Source of the DNA: a virus
Lineage: Duplodnaviria; Heunggongvirae; Uroviricota; Caudoviricetes
Reading direction: 5' to 3' (one strand)
DNA length: 17,433 nt
Virus record (IMG/VR): IMGVR_UViG_3300035678_000001
The notes under the pieces were generated by a model that had not been told where the DNA came from, did not search any database, and was given only the letters and a program-made list of their open reading frames with translations. A program made the position numbers and the translations under genes. Positions within the stretch are counted from its first letter, which is position 1, and each line of letters begins with the position of its first letter. Below are positions 8,429-15,617 of the stretch, in pieces.

Positions 8429-8874
8429 TGCCAGTCACCCACCCTCGGGTCGAGGGGCTCGCGGACCGTCACGGCTGTGTCGGCCAGCACCGAGGCCATC
8501 CGCACGGCCTCCTCGAACGACTCACCGTCCGCAGGGGTCAGCCACTGGACGCCGGAGTAGTCAGCGCCGTCCGGGATCTCCTCCATGAACGTCTCGGAGG
8601 ACTCGTCCACCACGACCGTCGCTGGCTGCGCGGGCACGCCATCGAACCGCTCCGGCCACAACTGCTGTGGCGTTCGCGTTCCGGCTGCCAGCACTGCCAA
8701 CTTCATAGCCTCGTCCTCATCTCGGATGCGTTGTCTGTTGTCCGCGTAGATGAGGAGTCGGAGTCCCTCTTGCTGTACGGGAGAAAGGTGACCTCGAAGA
8801 AGTCCCTGTCGTTCGGCTAGACGGAGGGGGTTCTCCATCCACGGTGCAAGCCCGTCTAGCCGAACGCTTCCCCC
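8425..8874 (-). CDS. Tail assembly chaperone -1 frame extension (lambda gpT-like part; track ORF 8425..8838)
   Basis: The -1 frame is open from the slippery site (8874) to TGA 8425 and reads GGSVRLDGLAPWMENPLRLAER... The predicted fusion with the chaperone is about 333 aa. Confidence 0.75.
   Translation of the reverse strand, partial: GGSVRLDGLAPWMENPLRLAERQGLLRGHLSPVQQEGLRLLIYADNRQRIRDEDEAMKLAVLAAGTRTPQQLWPERFDGVPAQPATVVVDESSETFMEEIPDGADYSGVQWLTPADGESFEEAVRMASVLADTAVTVREPLDPRVGDWQ
8810..8866 (-). repeat. Perfect 15-bp inverted repeat (27-nt loop), candidate frameshift-stimulating hairpin
   Basis: 8810-8824 cgttcggctagacgg is the exact reverse complement of 8852-8866 ccgtctagccgaacg. On the mRNA it starts 1 nt after the slippery heptamer. 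Confidence 0.85.
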
Positions 8875-9425
8875 ATCTTCGCCAGCACTTCCTCGACCTT
8901 GCCGTTCAGTGCGAGGTACTCACCGAACACGTAGTCGATGGTGGGCGGGAACCAGTCCTTGACCCTCTCGAACCGCTGCTGCAAGGCGGCGGTGGGAGTG
9001 ATCTTCTCGAAGGGGAGGGGCAGTGGCTGCCCATCGACTGCGACCACTGTGGCTGCCACTGTCGCCATCGTGTAGGCCCGGTTCTCGGCAATCGTCCCGG
9101 CGTACGGGGCGGTCACCTGCGCGACTGCGAGGATCTCGCCGCCGTTGAGCGTCCTGATGGTGAAGCGGTGTCCCATGTAGTCGAAGGTCTTCGAGAGCGA
9201 TCCCAGGAACAGCAGGCCGTTGAAGTCCTCTTGCCACTGGGGGTCGAACTCTGGGAGATCTTCGTCTTGCTCGTCCTCGGCTTCGTTCGCTTCCTCGCCC
9301 GTGCCCGGTTGTGAGTCCGACATCCCGGAGAGGTACTGCGTCTCGACGGGCGGCTCTGTAGTTGGGGCATCAGCGGTCACGAAGTCGGGGGCGTTGTTCT
9401 GCTCCGACTCCTCCGGCAACGGCAT
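8856..9425 (-). CDS. Tail assembly chaperone (189 aa; start re-called to ATG 9425)
   Basis: RBS GGAGGA before ATG CCG TTG (MPLPEESEQ). Acidic N-terminus, TFDYMGHRFTIRTL...E motif, position after the tube gene. The track extension to 9809 overlaps the tube gene and is not real. Confidence 0.85.
   Translation of the reverse strand: MPLPEESEQNNAPDFVTADAPTTEPPVETQYLSGMSDSQPGTGEEANEAEDEQDEDLPEFDPQWQEDFNGLLFLGSLSKTFDYMGHRFTIRTLNGGEILAVAQVTAPYAGTIAENRAYTMATVAATVVAVDGQPLPLPFEKITPTAALQQRFERVKDWFPPTIDYVFGEYLALNGKVEEVLAKMGEAFG
8868..8874 (-). other. -1 programmed ribosomal frameshift slippery site G GGG GAA
   Basis: mRNA AUG GGG GAA GCG UUC GGC UAG near the end of the chaperone gene. A -1 slip enters the downstream ORF frame with no intervening stop. 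GGGGGAA is the heptamer known from mycobacteriophage tail chaperones. Confidence 0.8.
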
Positions 9426-9451
9426 GTTGGTTCCTCCTGGGAGTGGGTGGA

Positions 9452-10036
9452 CTAGCGCCCGACAGTGGCGCCGCTCGGGAGGCCACCGTTCGGCACGGTG
9501 TTGGCCGACTGGTGCGTGAACTTGTTCGGCTTGTTGACGCCGGACAGCGGGGTCGTGTGGGTGTAGGCGACCGTGATGCCCTTGGTCACCGACAGCGCGC
9601 CGACCGTGATCGTGTCGCCGTCGTTGATGTCCACGACGGTGCAGTTCTGGTAGATCTTGCCTCGCACCGGCAGGCCCGTGCCGGGCGGCGGGATGATCGT
9701 CGTGCGGCACGTGACGTACTGCGGGTTCTCGGCCAGCACCTCGAAGATGTCCACGATGTTCTGGCTGCTGGACAGCCCCTTCAACTGCTGCCAGACCGGC
9801 GCGTTCCACAACTCGCGGATCGTGAGCATGAGGGTGCCACCGGAGAGCACGCGGCTCGTGGCGATCTCGACCGGGTGGCGGTAGCCCAGCGGGTGGATGA
9901 ACTGGTAGCCCGCTCCGAGGTCGGAGAAGGCCCGCTGGCCGCTGTCCTCGATCTGCTCAAGGAAGGCGATGGGCTGGCCGTTGTAGTCGAACGTCGTGAA
10001 GCCGGAGCCAACGACGCGGACCTGGGTGTTGGGCAT
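9452..10036 (-). CDS. Tail tube protein (194 aa)
   Basis: Follows the sheath gene, with RBS AGGAG. Beta-rich tube-like pattern (GGTLMLTIRELWN...KIYQNCTVVDINDGDTITVGALSVTKGITVAY) plus a short C-terminal extension. Confidence 0.85.
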   Translation of the reverse strand: MPNTQVRVVGSGFTTFDYNGQPIAFLEQIEDSGQRAFSDLGAGYQFIHPLGYRHPVEIATSRVLSGGTLMLTIRELWNAPVWQQLKGLSSSQNIVDIFEVLAENPQYVTCRTTIIPPPGTGLPVRGKIYQNCTVVDINDGDTITVGALSVTKGITVAYTHTTPLSGVNKPNKFTHQSANTVPNGGLPSGATVGR

Positions 10037-10045
10037 CGCGGACTC

Positions 10046-11500
10046 CTATGCAGCCTGGGCGAGATCGACAGAACCCGTGTCCACGTTGATCGAGAAGGAC
10101 ACGACGATGTAGTTGAGCGGGAGCGCCGGGCGGTAGGCGAACTTGACCTCGATGACGCTGGGGTCGCTGCTCAACTGGCGGGCCTTGAGGTCCACGTAGC
10201 CGAGCACGACGCCGCGCTGGACCGCGTTCTCCAAGATCCCGCTGACGGCAGCCTTGACGCGCTGCGGCGTCTCGAAGTCGATGGGCGACCCGATGAGCCC
10301 GGACTGGTCGAGGCCGTACTGGATGGCCGTGAACAGGGTGTCACGGGCGCGCACGACCGAGATCTCGCGGTTGGTCAGGCCACCCGCGTAGTCGGTCGTG
10401 AGGCCGTGCCGTACGACGAGGTTGCCGTTGCGGTCCACCTCGACCATGCAGACGCCCTGGCTCGCCACGGCGTTCTTGTTGGCCTTGGTCTGCGTGGCCT
10501 GGATGCGGGCCGGGATCCCCGCGAAGCCGACGATGACCTCCTTGGTCAGCGGCTTCTGGACCGGGATCGCTGACAGGCGCCCAGCGAAGGCAGCGGCCAG
10601 GTAGTAGCCGTCCACCTCGATGGTCGTGTTGGAGTAGCCGCTGTAGAAGTTCAGCGAACTCGGGTACGCCAGGATGACGCGCTTCTGGTGGACCGCGTTG
10701 GCGATGGCCGTGAAGCCCGAGTCGCCGCCGTCGAAGTCCTTCGGGGTGCCGAGGATGCCGATGCGCGGCAGGCCGTCAGCAGCAGCCGCCACGCAGTGGT
10801 TGCGCAGGTCGGCGGCGATGCCCTCGATGGCGCTGACCGTCGTGACCGAGGCGTCGAGGATCGGGACGACGATGCCGACCCGGTAGTCCGTGTCCACCTT
10901 GGCGTACGCCGTCACCAACTGCTCGGCCAGCGTGCCGTCCGCAGCGTCGGTGGCGATGGTGATGAGGCGGGTGGCGCCGTTGGTGAACGCCTCCTGGGCC
11001 GCGAGCGACAGCGGGCTGACGATCTGGCTGCCGGTGAAGACCGAGGTGCTCACCAGCGGGTTGCCGTAGAGGTCCACTACCGAGTCGAACTCGGTGTGGA
11101 GCACCGGGTTGGAGTAGCCGACCGGCTTGTAGCGGTAGGCCACCGTCACCGTGTCGCCGCTGGCGACCGCGCCGGGCGTGGTCGGCAACTTGATGCTGAC
11201 GACAGCCCCGTCCGAGCCGGTGTTGTCGGTGGTCAGCACGTAGTCGGTGTTGACCGTCAGCGTGTTGCCGTTGGCGTCCTTGACGACCGGGGCGTTGCTG
11301 CCGCCAGACAGCACGCCGTGGTTGGTCAGCGCCTGGTTCGACGGGGAGATGACCACGTTCTGGGTGGCCGTCTTGTAGCCGAGCGCCGGTCCGACCAGGC
11401 AGACGACGGAAGGCTCGACCCCCGTGACCGTCAGCAGTGGCTGGGTGTTGTCCTGCACCAGCACGCTCGGCGGCACGTAGTTCGAGAAGTCGATGCTCAC
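10046..11500 (-). CDS. Contractile tail sheath protein (484 aa; start re-called to GTG 11500)
   Basis: RBS GAGGAGG before GTG AGC ATC GAC TTC. N-terminal YVPPSVLVQD and V.CLVGPA; C-terminal VRHGLTT...EISVVRARD...IEVKFAYRPALPLNYIVVSFSI, typical of sheath proteins. Confidence 0.92.
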   Translation of the reverse strand: MSIDFSNYVPPSVLVQDNTQPLLTVTGVEPSVVCLVGPALGYKTATQNVVISPSNQALTNHGVLSGGSNAPVVKDANGNTLTVNTDYVLTTDNTGSDGAVVSIKLPTTPGAVASGDTVTVAYRYKPVGYSNPVLHTEFDSVVDLYGNPLVSTSVFTGSQIVSPLSLAAQEAFTNGATRLITIATDAADGTLAEQLVTAYAKVDTDYRVGIVVPILDASVTTVSAIEGIAADLRNHCVAAAADGLPRIGILGTPKDFDGGDSGFTAIANAVHQKRVILAYPSSLNFYSGYSNTTIEVDGYYLAAAFAGRLSAIPVQKPLTKEVIVGFAGIPARIQATQTKANKNAVASQGVCMVEVDRNGNLVVRHGLTTDYAGGLTNREISVVRARDTLFTAIQYGLDQSGLIGSPIDFETPQRVKAAVSGILENAVQRGVVLGYVDLKARQLSSDPSVIEVKFAYRPALPLNYIVVSFSINVDTGSVDLAQAA

Positions 11501-11522
11501 CCTGGTCCTCCTCAACGGTCGT

Positions 11523-11564
11523 GCTCTCACCCCTTCACAGGAGCGGGGCCGGGTTGGACAGGAG
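11523..11564 (-). promoter_or_regulatory. Conserved bipartite motif, copy 1 (candidate phage promoter), upstream of the sheath gene
   Basis: Minus strand TCCTGT-N16-CCTGTGAAGGGGTGA; 39/42 nt identical to 15566-15607. Confidence 0.7.
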
Positions 11565-11581
11565 CCTGCGACGATGGCTCC

Positions 11582-11932
11582 GTGGTTCTGCTAAACGAGT
11601 GCTCGGCCCTCGGCTGCTACGGCGACGTGCTCGCCAAGGGGCTCTGTCCGATGCACTACTTCCGCCAGCGCCGCACCGGGACCACCCGGAGACTCACGCC
11701 CGAGCAGCGGTTCTGGCTCCGTGTCTCCAAGATCGGCCACGACGGCTGCTGGCTGTGGATCGGAGCCGTCCGGGAGGGCCACGGCTACTGGCGGGGCCGC
11801 AAGGCCCACCGGGTGGCCTACGAGTACCTCATGGGCTCACTCGGCGGCAGGACCACCGAGCACGCCTGTGGGCAGCCGCTGTGTGTCCGGCCAGCCCACC
11901 TGCGGCTCACTGCCAGGCGAACGTCCCCGTAG
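11582..11932 (+). CDS. HNH (His-Me finger) homing-endonuclease-like protein, probably C-terminally truncated (~116 aa)
   Basis: CSALGC...AKGLCPMHY.R..R.G, RFW.RV.K...CWLWIGA, AHRVAYE, EHACGQPLCVRPAHL. Ends LTARRTSP* without the usual downstream Asn-containing helix. It is the only plus-strand gene. The GTG start is uncertain (no clear RBS). Confidence 0.8.
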   Translation: MVLLNECSALGCYGDVLAKGLCPMHYFRQRRTGTTRRLTPEQRFWLRVSKIGHDGCWLWIGAVREGHGYWRGRKAHRVAYEYLMGSLGGRTTEHACGQPLCVRPAHLRLTARRTSP

Positions 11933-12551
11933 CGCCGGGATCGTCCGGGTGGTCGTCGGTGATGTCCGCGATGCGGTCGAAGACGCGGATCTCGCGCAGC
12001 GGCACGAGCGCCTGACCGGCGCCCTCGGAGACGAACTCCCCGATGATGTCCAACTGGATCGACCGCTCGTACATCATCTCGTCGGTGCCCCAGGGCGTGC
12101 CGGGCGCCGCAGCGTTGCCGCGCACCGCGATGGTGTCGAAGTTGATGTTGCAGCCGATGAGGTCGTTGTTCTCGATGTAGGCCCGGAACTCGCCCACCTG
12201 ATCGGTGGTGGAGTCGAAGGCGACCACGCGGATCAACTCGTCGTAGAGCCGGTCACGCTCCAACGACGACATCGCCACGACGGTGAGCGAGACGGTCCCG
12301 GCGAACTTCCAGCGGGTGTAGCGGCGCCGGGCTCCGTTCGGGCCGGGCTGGGTGAACTCGCGGTGGTGGACGCCAGCGATCTGCAACGGCGAGGTGTCGT
12401 CGTAGTCCACCCAGATGGCGGGCACCTCCTGCTCGGCCACCGGGTACTCGATGGACGTGCGAATGCCCCGGAAGTCGGCCTCGGGGTAGTCCTGATCGAA
12501 CTGCTCCTTGACGGCCTCCACGATGAGCGCCTTGAGCCGGGTGAGGTACAT
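11907..12551 (-). CDS. Tail terminator / sheath completion protein (214 aa)
   Basis: TGATG-coupled and upstream of the sheath gene. The pattern IEYP.....VPAIWVDY...F.GTVSLTVVAMSSLERDRLYDELI resembles tail terminator proteins. Confidence 0.7.
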   Translation of the reverse strand: MYLTRLKALIVEAVKEQFDQDYPEADFRGIRTSIEYPVAEQEVPAIWVDYDDTSPLQIAGVHHREFTQPGPNGARRRYTRWKFAGTVSLTVVAMSSLERDRLYDELIRVVAFDSTTDQVGEFRAYIENNDLIGCNINFDTIAVRGNAAAPGTPWGTDEMMYERSIQLDIIGEFVSEGAGQALVPLREIRVFDRIADITDDHPDDPGATGTFAWQ

Positions 12552-13255
12552 CAGCGCACCTCGATGTTGGAGCGGGCGTCAGCCACGTAGATGCGGACGG
12601 GCAGGTAGCCGCCCTTCTGGGACGCGAGGCTCATGGCGTTGTTCAGGAACAGCCGGGGCTTGAGGCCGGGGTGGCGCCACTTCACGCCGATGTTGCCCTT
12701 GGCGATGCGCCCGCCCGTGCGACCCATCGTGGTCATCGAGCCAGCCGCCTCACGCACGCCGATCCGGCCAGGGGCGCCGGGGTAGGACGCGGGCCGCACC
12801 GTGGTGACCATCTGGCCGGTCGCCTTGTCCTTCGTCCGCTTGGTGACGGTGGTGCCCTTGACGGCTGCCTTGCGGAAGATCAGCACCTGCGTCTTGCCCG
12901 AGAGGGTCTGGCGCGTCTTGGCCTTGGGGTTCTTCTGGCGCTCGACACCCGTGGGGTCGTCAATCCACATCGGGATGACCTTGCCCTGCAAGTTGTTCAT
13001 GGTGAACGGTCGGATGCCGTTCTCCTGAAACCACACGTAGGAGTCTTGGAACGCCACGCCGAAGAAGCCGTCGCCGTAGAGCGGCGTCATGCGCGAGGCA
13101 GCGCCGCCGGACATCTTCGGCATCAGCAACTTGGCCTGCTGGGTGGCGTACTCGGCCATCGCCTTGGCCTTGGCTCGACGCAGCCCTGGGATCGTCATGA
13201 CCATCCGGTCGGGCCGGTCGCTCATGATGATCTCGGGGACTTCGGGGGCAGCCAC
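12551..13255 (-). CDS. Putative tail completion / neck protein, HK97 gp10-like, strongly basic (234 aa; start re-called to GTG 13255)
   Basis: RBS AGGAG five nt before the GTG. Motifs YVWFQENGIRPF and WRHPGLKPRLFLNNAM resemble the HK97 gp10 family. The track extension to 13900 overlaps the next gene out of frame. Confidence 0.6.
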   Translation of the reverse strand: MAAPEVPEIIMSDRPDRMVMTIPGLRRAKAKAMAEYATQQAKLLMPKMSGGAASRMTPLYGDGFFGVAFQDSYVWFQENGIRPFTMNNLQGKVIPMWIDDPTGVERQKNPKAKTRQTLSGKTQVLIFRKAAVKGTTVTKRTKDKATGQMVTTVRPASYPGAPGRIGVREAAGSMTTMGRTGGRIAKGNIGVKWRHPGLKPRLFLNNAMSLASQKGGYLPVRIYVADARSNIEVR

Positions 13256-13257
13256 GG

Positions 13258-13944
13258 CTACTCCTGAAACGAGATCGGCGTGGCGGGCGGGATGAGGGCG
13301 CCACGGATGTCCTCGTACGTCGAGAAGTCCTTCGGGAAGAACGACTGGACGTTGAGGATGGCCGCGACCTCGGCAGGGGTCGGCGGGATCAGGAAGGCCA
13401 CGCTCGTCTCGTTCTCCTGCTGGGCGCGGGCCGAGTTGTAGCCGATGGCATCCATGCCCTGGGTCGGCATCCCGAAGCCGGTGCGCAGGGTGATGCGCTC
13501 GGGCACGCGCAACTGCCAACGGGTGCCGTTGCCCCGGAAGGCGTAGTCGCCCGAGCGGATGCGGAAGTCGCTGGTCGTCTCGATCTGCACGTCGTCGGGC
13601 GACACGATGCCGCGCCGGTCCAACTTCTCGTCCTCGTCGGTGTCGGTGAAGATCGAGGGCCGCACGATGCGGGCGCGGTAGCCGCCCTCGAACGTCGTGC
13701 CGAAGCAGTCGGGGCACTTGTTCTTGGCGGGCTGCTGGTACGCCTCCGCGATGCGCCCGTACGACGTGTAGCAGGCCGTGCATCGCTGGACTCGGCCAGC
13801 CTCGAAGTCCTCCAAGTGCCACATGAGGACGAACATCGTCCACTCGCCTACGTGGTAGATGGCCTCGTTGTGACGGAGGTGCTCCTGCTGGACAGCCCAC
13901 TCCTGGCGCTGCCGCAGGTAGTAAGGCTGGACCTCATGAGGCAT
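13258..13944 (-). CDS. Head closure / neck protein with CxxC...CxxC motif (228 aa)
   Basis: RCTACY...KCPDCFGTTFEGGY followed by a beta-barrel-like region (IRSGDY.F..NGTRWQL); located between the adaptor and completion genes. Confidence 0.65.
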   Translation of the reverse strand: MPHEVQPYYLRQRQEWAVQQEHLRHNEAIYHVGEWTMFVLMWHLEDFEAGRVQRCTACYTSYGRIAEAYQQPAKNKCPDCFGTTFEGGYRARIVRPSIFTDTDEDEKLDRRGIVSPDDVQIETTSDFRIRSGDYAFRGNGTRWQLRVPERITLRTGFGMPTQGMDAIGYNSARAQQENETSVAFLIPPTPAEVAAILNVQSFFPKDFSTYEDIRGALIPPATPISFQE

Positions 13945-14044
13945 GGCGCTTCTTGTTCTTCCGGGCGCAGGCTCGACGGCACTCGCGGTTCTGACAGACG
14001 TGCCGGGTCATCGCCGGACCCCACCACGCCCCACCCGAGGGCAT
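13934..14044 (-). CDS. Small basic Cys/His-rich ORF (36 aa), unannotated
   Basis: ATG overlaps the adaptor stop (TGATG). MPSGGAWWGPAMTRHVCQNRECRRACARKNKKRHAS*. It spans the ~100-nt gap and overlaps the next gene's start by 11 nt. Confidence 0.5.
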   Translation of the reverse strand: MPSGGAWWGPAMTRHVCQNRECRRACARKNKKRHAS

Positions 14045-14937
14045 CAGTAGAACCTTGACCAGTAGCGAGGCCGAGCGGCCACCGAGCCAGCGAAGCGCGT
14101 CGGGCCGTAGCGACCGTAGACGCCGCCGCTGACGAGCACACGCGGCTTGCCGAGCCCCATGTTGCTGATCTTGAAGATGTCGAGTTGGCCCTTGAGGGTG
14201 GCGCGCTCGTCGTCCAGCACCGCCTGCCACCGCTGCATGTAGTCGCGGCGGTCGAGGCGGGTGACGTTGCCGCCCATGAACATCGGCTGCTCGACGTAGG
14301 AGCGCACGAGGTGCTTGAGCACCTCGACGTAGAGCGCCTGCTCCAACAGCGGTCCCCACTGCTGCACCGGGAACTGGCCGGGCATGTCGATGCTGTAGGT
14401 CTGGAAGGGCTGGGCCGTGGTGTTGAGCAGGCCGACCGCGACCTTGAGCAGTTGGGCCACCCGGCCACGAGAGAAGTGGCTCTGGAAGTACGTCTGCAAG
14501 TTCGGCCCGCCGAGCGGCGAGTCGAACAGGTCCGCGAAGCGGAACCACACGTCGTCCACGACGGTCTTCATCTCGGCGGGCAGGTTGTCGTACGCCGGGT
14601 TGCTCGCGCCGATCTGGATGAACGAGCGGTACTGCTCGGTCACCGCGTCGATGGCGTAGTCCCACAGCACCGTGTAGTCGCCGGGGTCCGAGGTGTCGTT
14701 CGAGTCGAGGGCCAACTCGTAGAGCCCCGTCGCCACGTGGGTCGCCGGGCGGGTGAAGATGTTGACCGGCGGCGTGTCCGGGATGACCGCCGAGTTGGAC
14801 TCGATGGCGTCCTGCACCAGCGTGACCATGACGACGTTGCCGTCTACGTCGGCGGGCACGCCCTGCTTGTGGACAGCCAGGCCCAGCACGTCTGCCGCGT
14901 ACTGGCTGACGTACTGGCGCTCCCGGAAGTCCGTCAC
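14044..14937 (-). CDS. Head-to-tail adaptor (neck) protein with N-terminal Ig-like domain (297 aa)
   Basis: GTG start with GAGG RBS. N-terminal beta-sandwich-like region (GLYELAL.....SDPGDYTVLWDY) and helical C-terminal region (LLEQALYVEVLKHL...RDYMQRWQAVL). First gene of the neck cluster. Confidence 0.65.
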   Translation of the reverse strand: MTDFRERQYVSQYAADVLGLAVHKQGVPADVDGNVVMVTLVQDAIESNSAVIPDTPPVNIFTRPATHVATGLYELALDSNDTSDPGDYTVLWDYAIDAVTEQYRSFIQIGASNPAYDNLPAEMKTVVDDVWFRFADLFDSPLGGPNLQTYFQSHFSRGRVAQLLKVAVGLLNTTAQPFQTYSIDMPGQFPVQQWGPLLEQALYVEVLKHLVRSYVEQPMFMGGNVTRLDRRDYMQRWQAVLDDERATLKGQLDIFKISNMGLGKPRVLVSGGVYGRYGPTRFAGSVAARPRYWSRFY

Positions 14938-14948
14938 GACCTCGTGGC

Positions 14949-15548
14949 CTAGATGACGCCGATGAGCATGATCGTCACGGCGGACGTGACGGGAGAGCCA
15001 TTCTGGTCGAGGATGCGCACGCGCAGCGTCGTGGACGTGAAGTTGTGCGGCAGGATCGTCGCCGGGATGCCGCCACCGCCGGTCGGGCCGAGGCCGCTGG
15101 CCGTGACGACGCCGGGCGTGAAGCCGAAGCCGTGGGTCAGGTCGTGGAAGCCCGAGCCGTCCGGCGTGAAGGACGCGAAGCGACCGGACAGGCCGCTGGT
15201 GTTGCCCTGGGTGACCGTGCCGCCGGAGCCGCCGGACGCGGGCGGCGGGTTGCCGGGCGAGTAGAAGTACGCCGCCGGGTGACCCTGCAACGTCGCGGCG
15301 TCAGAGCCGCCGCCACCACCCGCGTGGGTGTGGTCAGCCGTGGCGAAGTAGGCAGCCGGGTGGCCCTGCAAGGTCGAGGCGTCACCGACAGTGCCGCCAC
15401 CGCCTCCACCGCCGCCGCCAGCAGCCGCCTGCGCGGCCTCGTAGATCTTCTGGTCGATCAGGTCGTACGCAGTGGCGAAGTCAGCAGCCCGGAACGGGTC
15501 CGACCCCGCAGGCTTGATGATGCCGTAGTGCGCAGTGGGCGTACCCAT
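14949..15548 (-). CDS. Fibre-like structural protein (199 aa) with poly-Gly linkers and duplicated DA(S/A)TLQGHPAAYF
   Basis: RBS GGAGGAG. The DAxTLxG repeats and an HTH(His-Thr-His) motif are typical of trimeric phage fibres; C-terminal beta domain. Confidence 0.65.
   Translation of the reverse strand: MGTPTAHYGIIKPAGSDPFRAADFATAYDLIDQKIYEAAQAAAGGGGGGGGGTVGDASTLQGHPAAYFATADHTHAGGGGGSDAATLQGHPAAYFYSPGNPPPASGGSGGTVTQGNTSGLSGRFASFTPDGSGFHDLTHGFGFTPGVVTASGLGPTGGGGIPATILPHNFTSTTLRVRILDQNGSPVTSAVTIMLIGVI
15264..15383. repeat. 39-nt direct repeat (34/39 identical, 81 nt apart) within the fibre-like gene
   Basis: 15264-15302 versus 15345-15383; encodes the duplicated 13-aa motif. Confidence 0.85.
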
Positions 15549-15565
15549 GTCGATCTCCTCCCGAG

Positions 15566-15607
15566 GCTCTCACCCCTTCACAGGAGCGAGGCGGGGTTCG
15601 ACAGGAG
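15566..15607 (-). promoter_or_regulatory. Conserved bipartite motif, copy 2, upstream of the fibre/neck gene cluster
   Basis: Minus strand TCCTGT-N16-CCTGTGAAGGGGTGA; 39/42 nt identical to copy 1. Confidence 0.7.
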
Positions 15608-15617
15608 GCCGACCGCT

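Noticed and set aside
6011-8560. 849-aa plus-strand ORF
   Set aside because: Antisense shadow of the tape measure gene, expected in high-GC DNA. It is Arg/Gly/His-rich with no motif or RBS.
9426-9809. N-terminal extension of the 317-aa track ORF
   Set aside because: Overlaps the tube gene; the RBS supports ATG 9425.
1239-11500. Headless contractile injection system (eCIS / tailocin) interpretation
   Set aside because: Adaptor-, head-closure- and gp10-like neck genes, a frameshifted chaperone and an HNH gene point to a phage. No AAA+ ATPase or effector is seen. It is not fully excluded because no capsid or terminase gene lies in the window.
10688-11581. N-terminal ~298 aa of the 414-aa plus ORF (apparent large HNH fusion)
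   Set aside because: Antisense to the sheath gene; only the part from about 11582 has HNH motifs.
13256-13900. N-terminal extension of the 449-aa track ORF
   Set aside because: Out-of-frame overlap with the head-closure gene; a good RBS and GTG at 13255 give the real start.
14949-15548. Diversity-generating retroelement (template/variable repeat pair) in the fibre gene
   Set aside because: The repeat is a short in-gene duplication with mostly synonymous differences not confined to adenines, and no reverse transcriptase gene is present.
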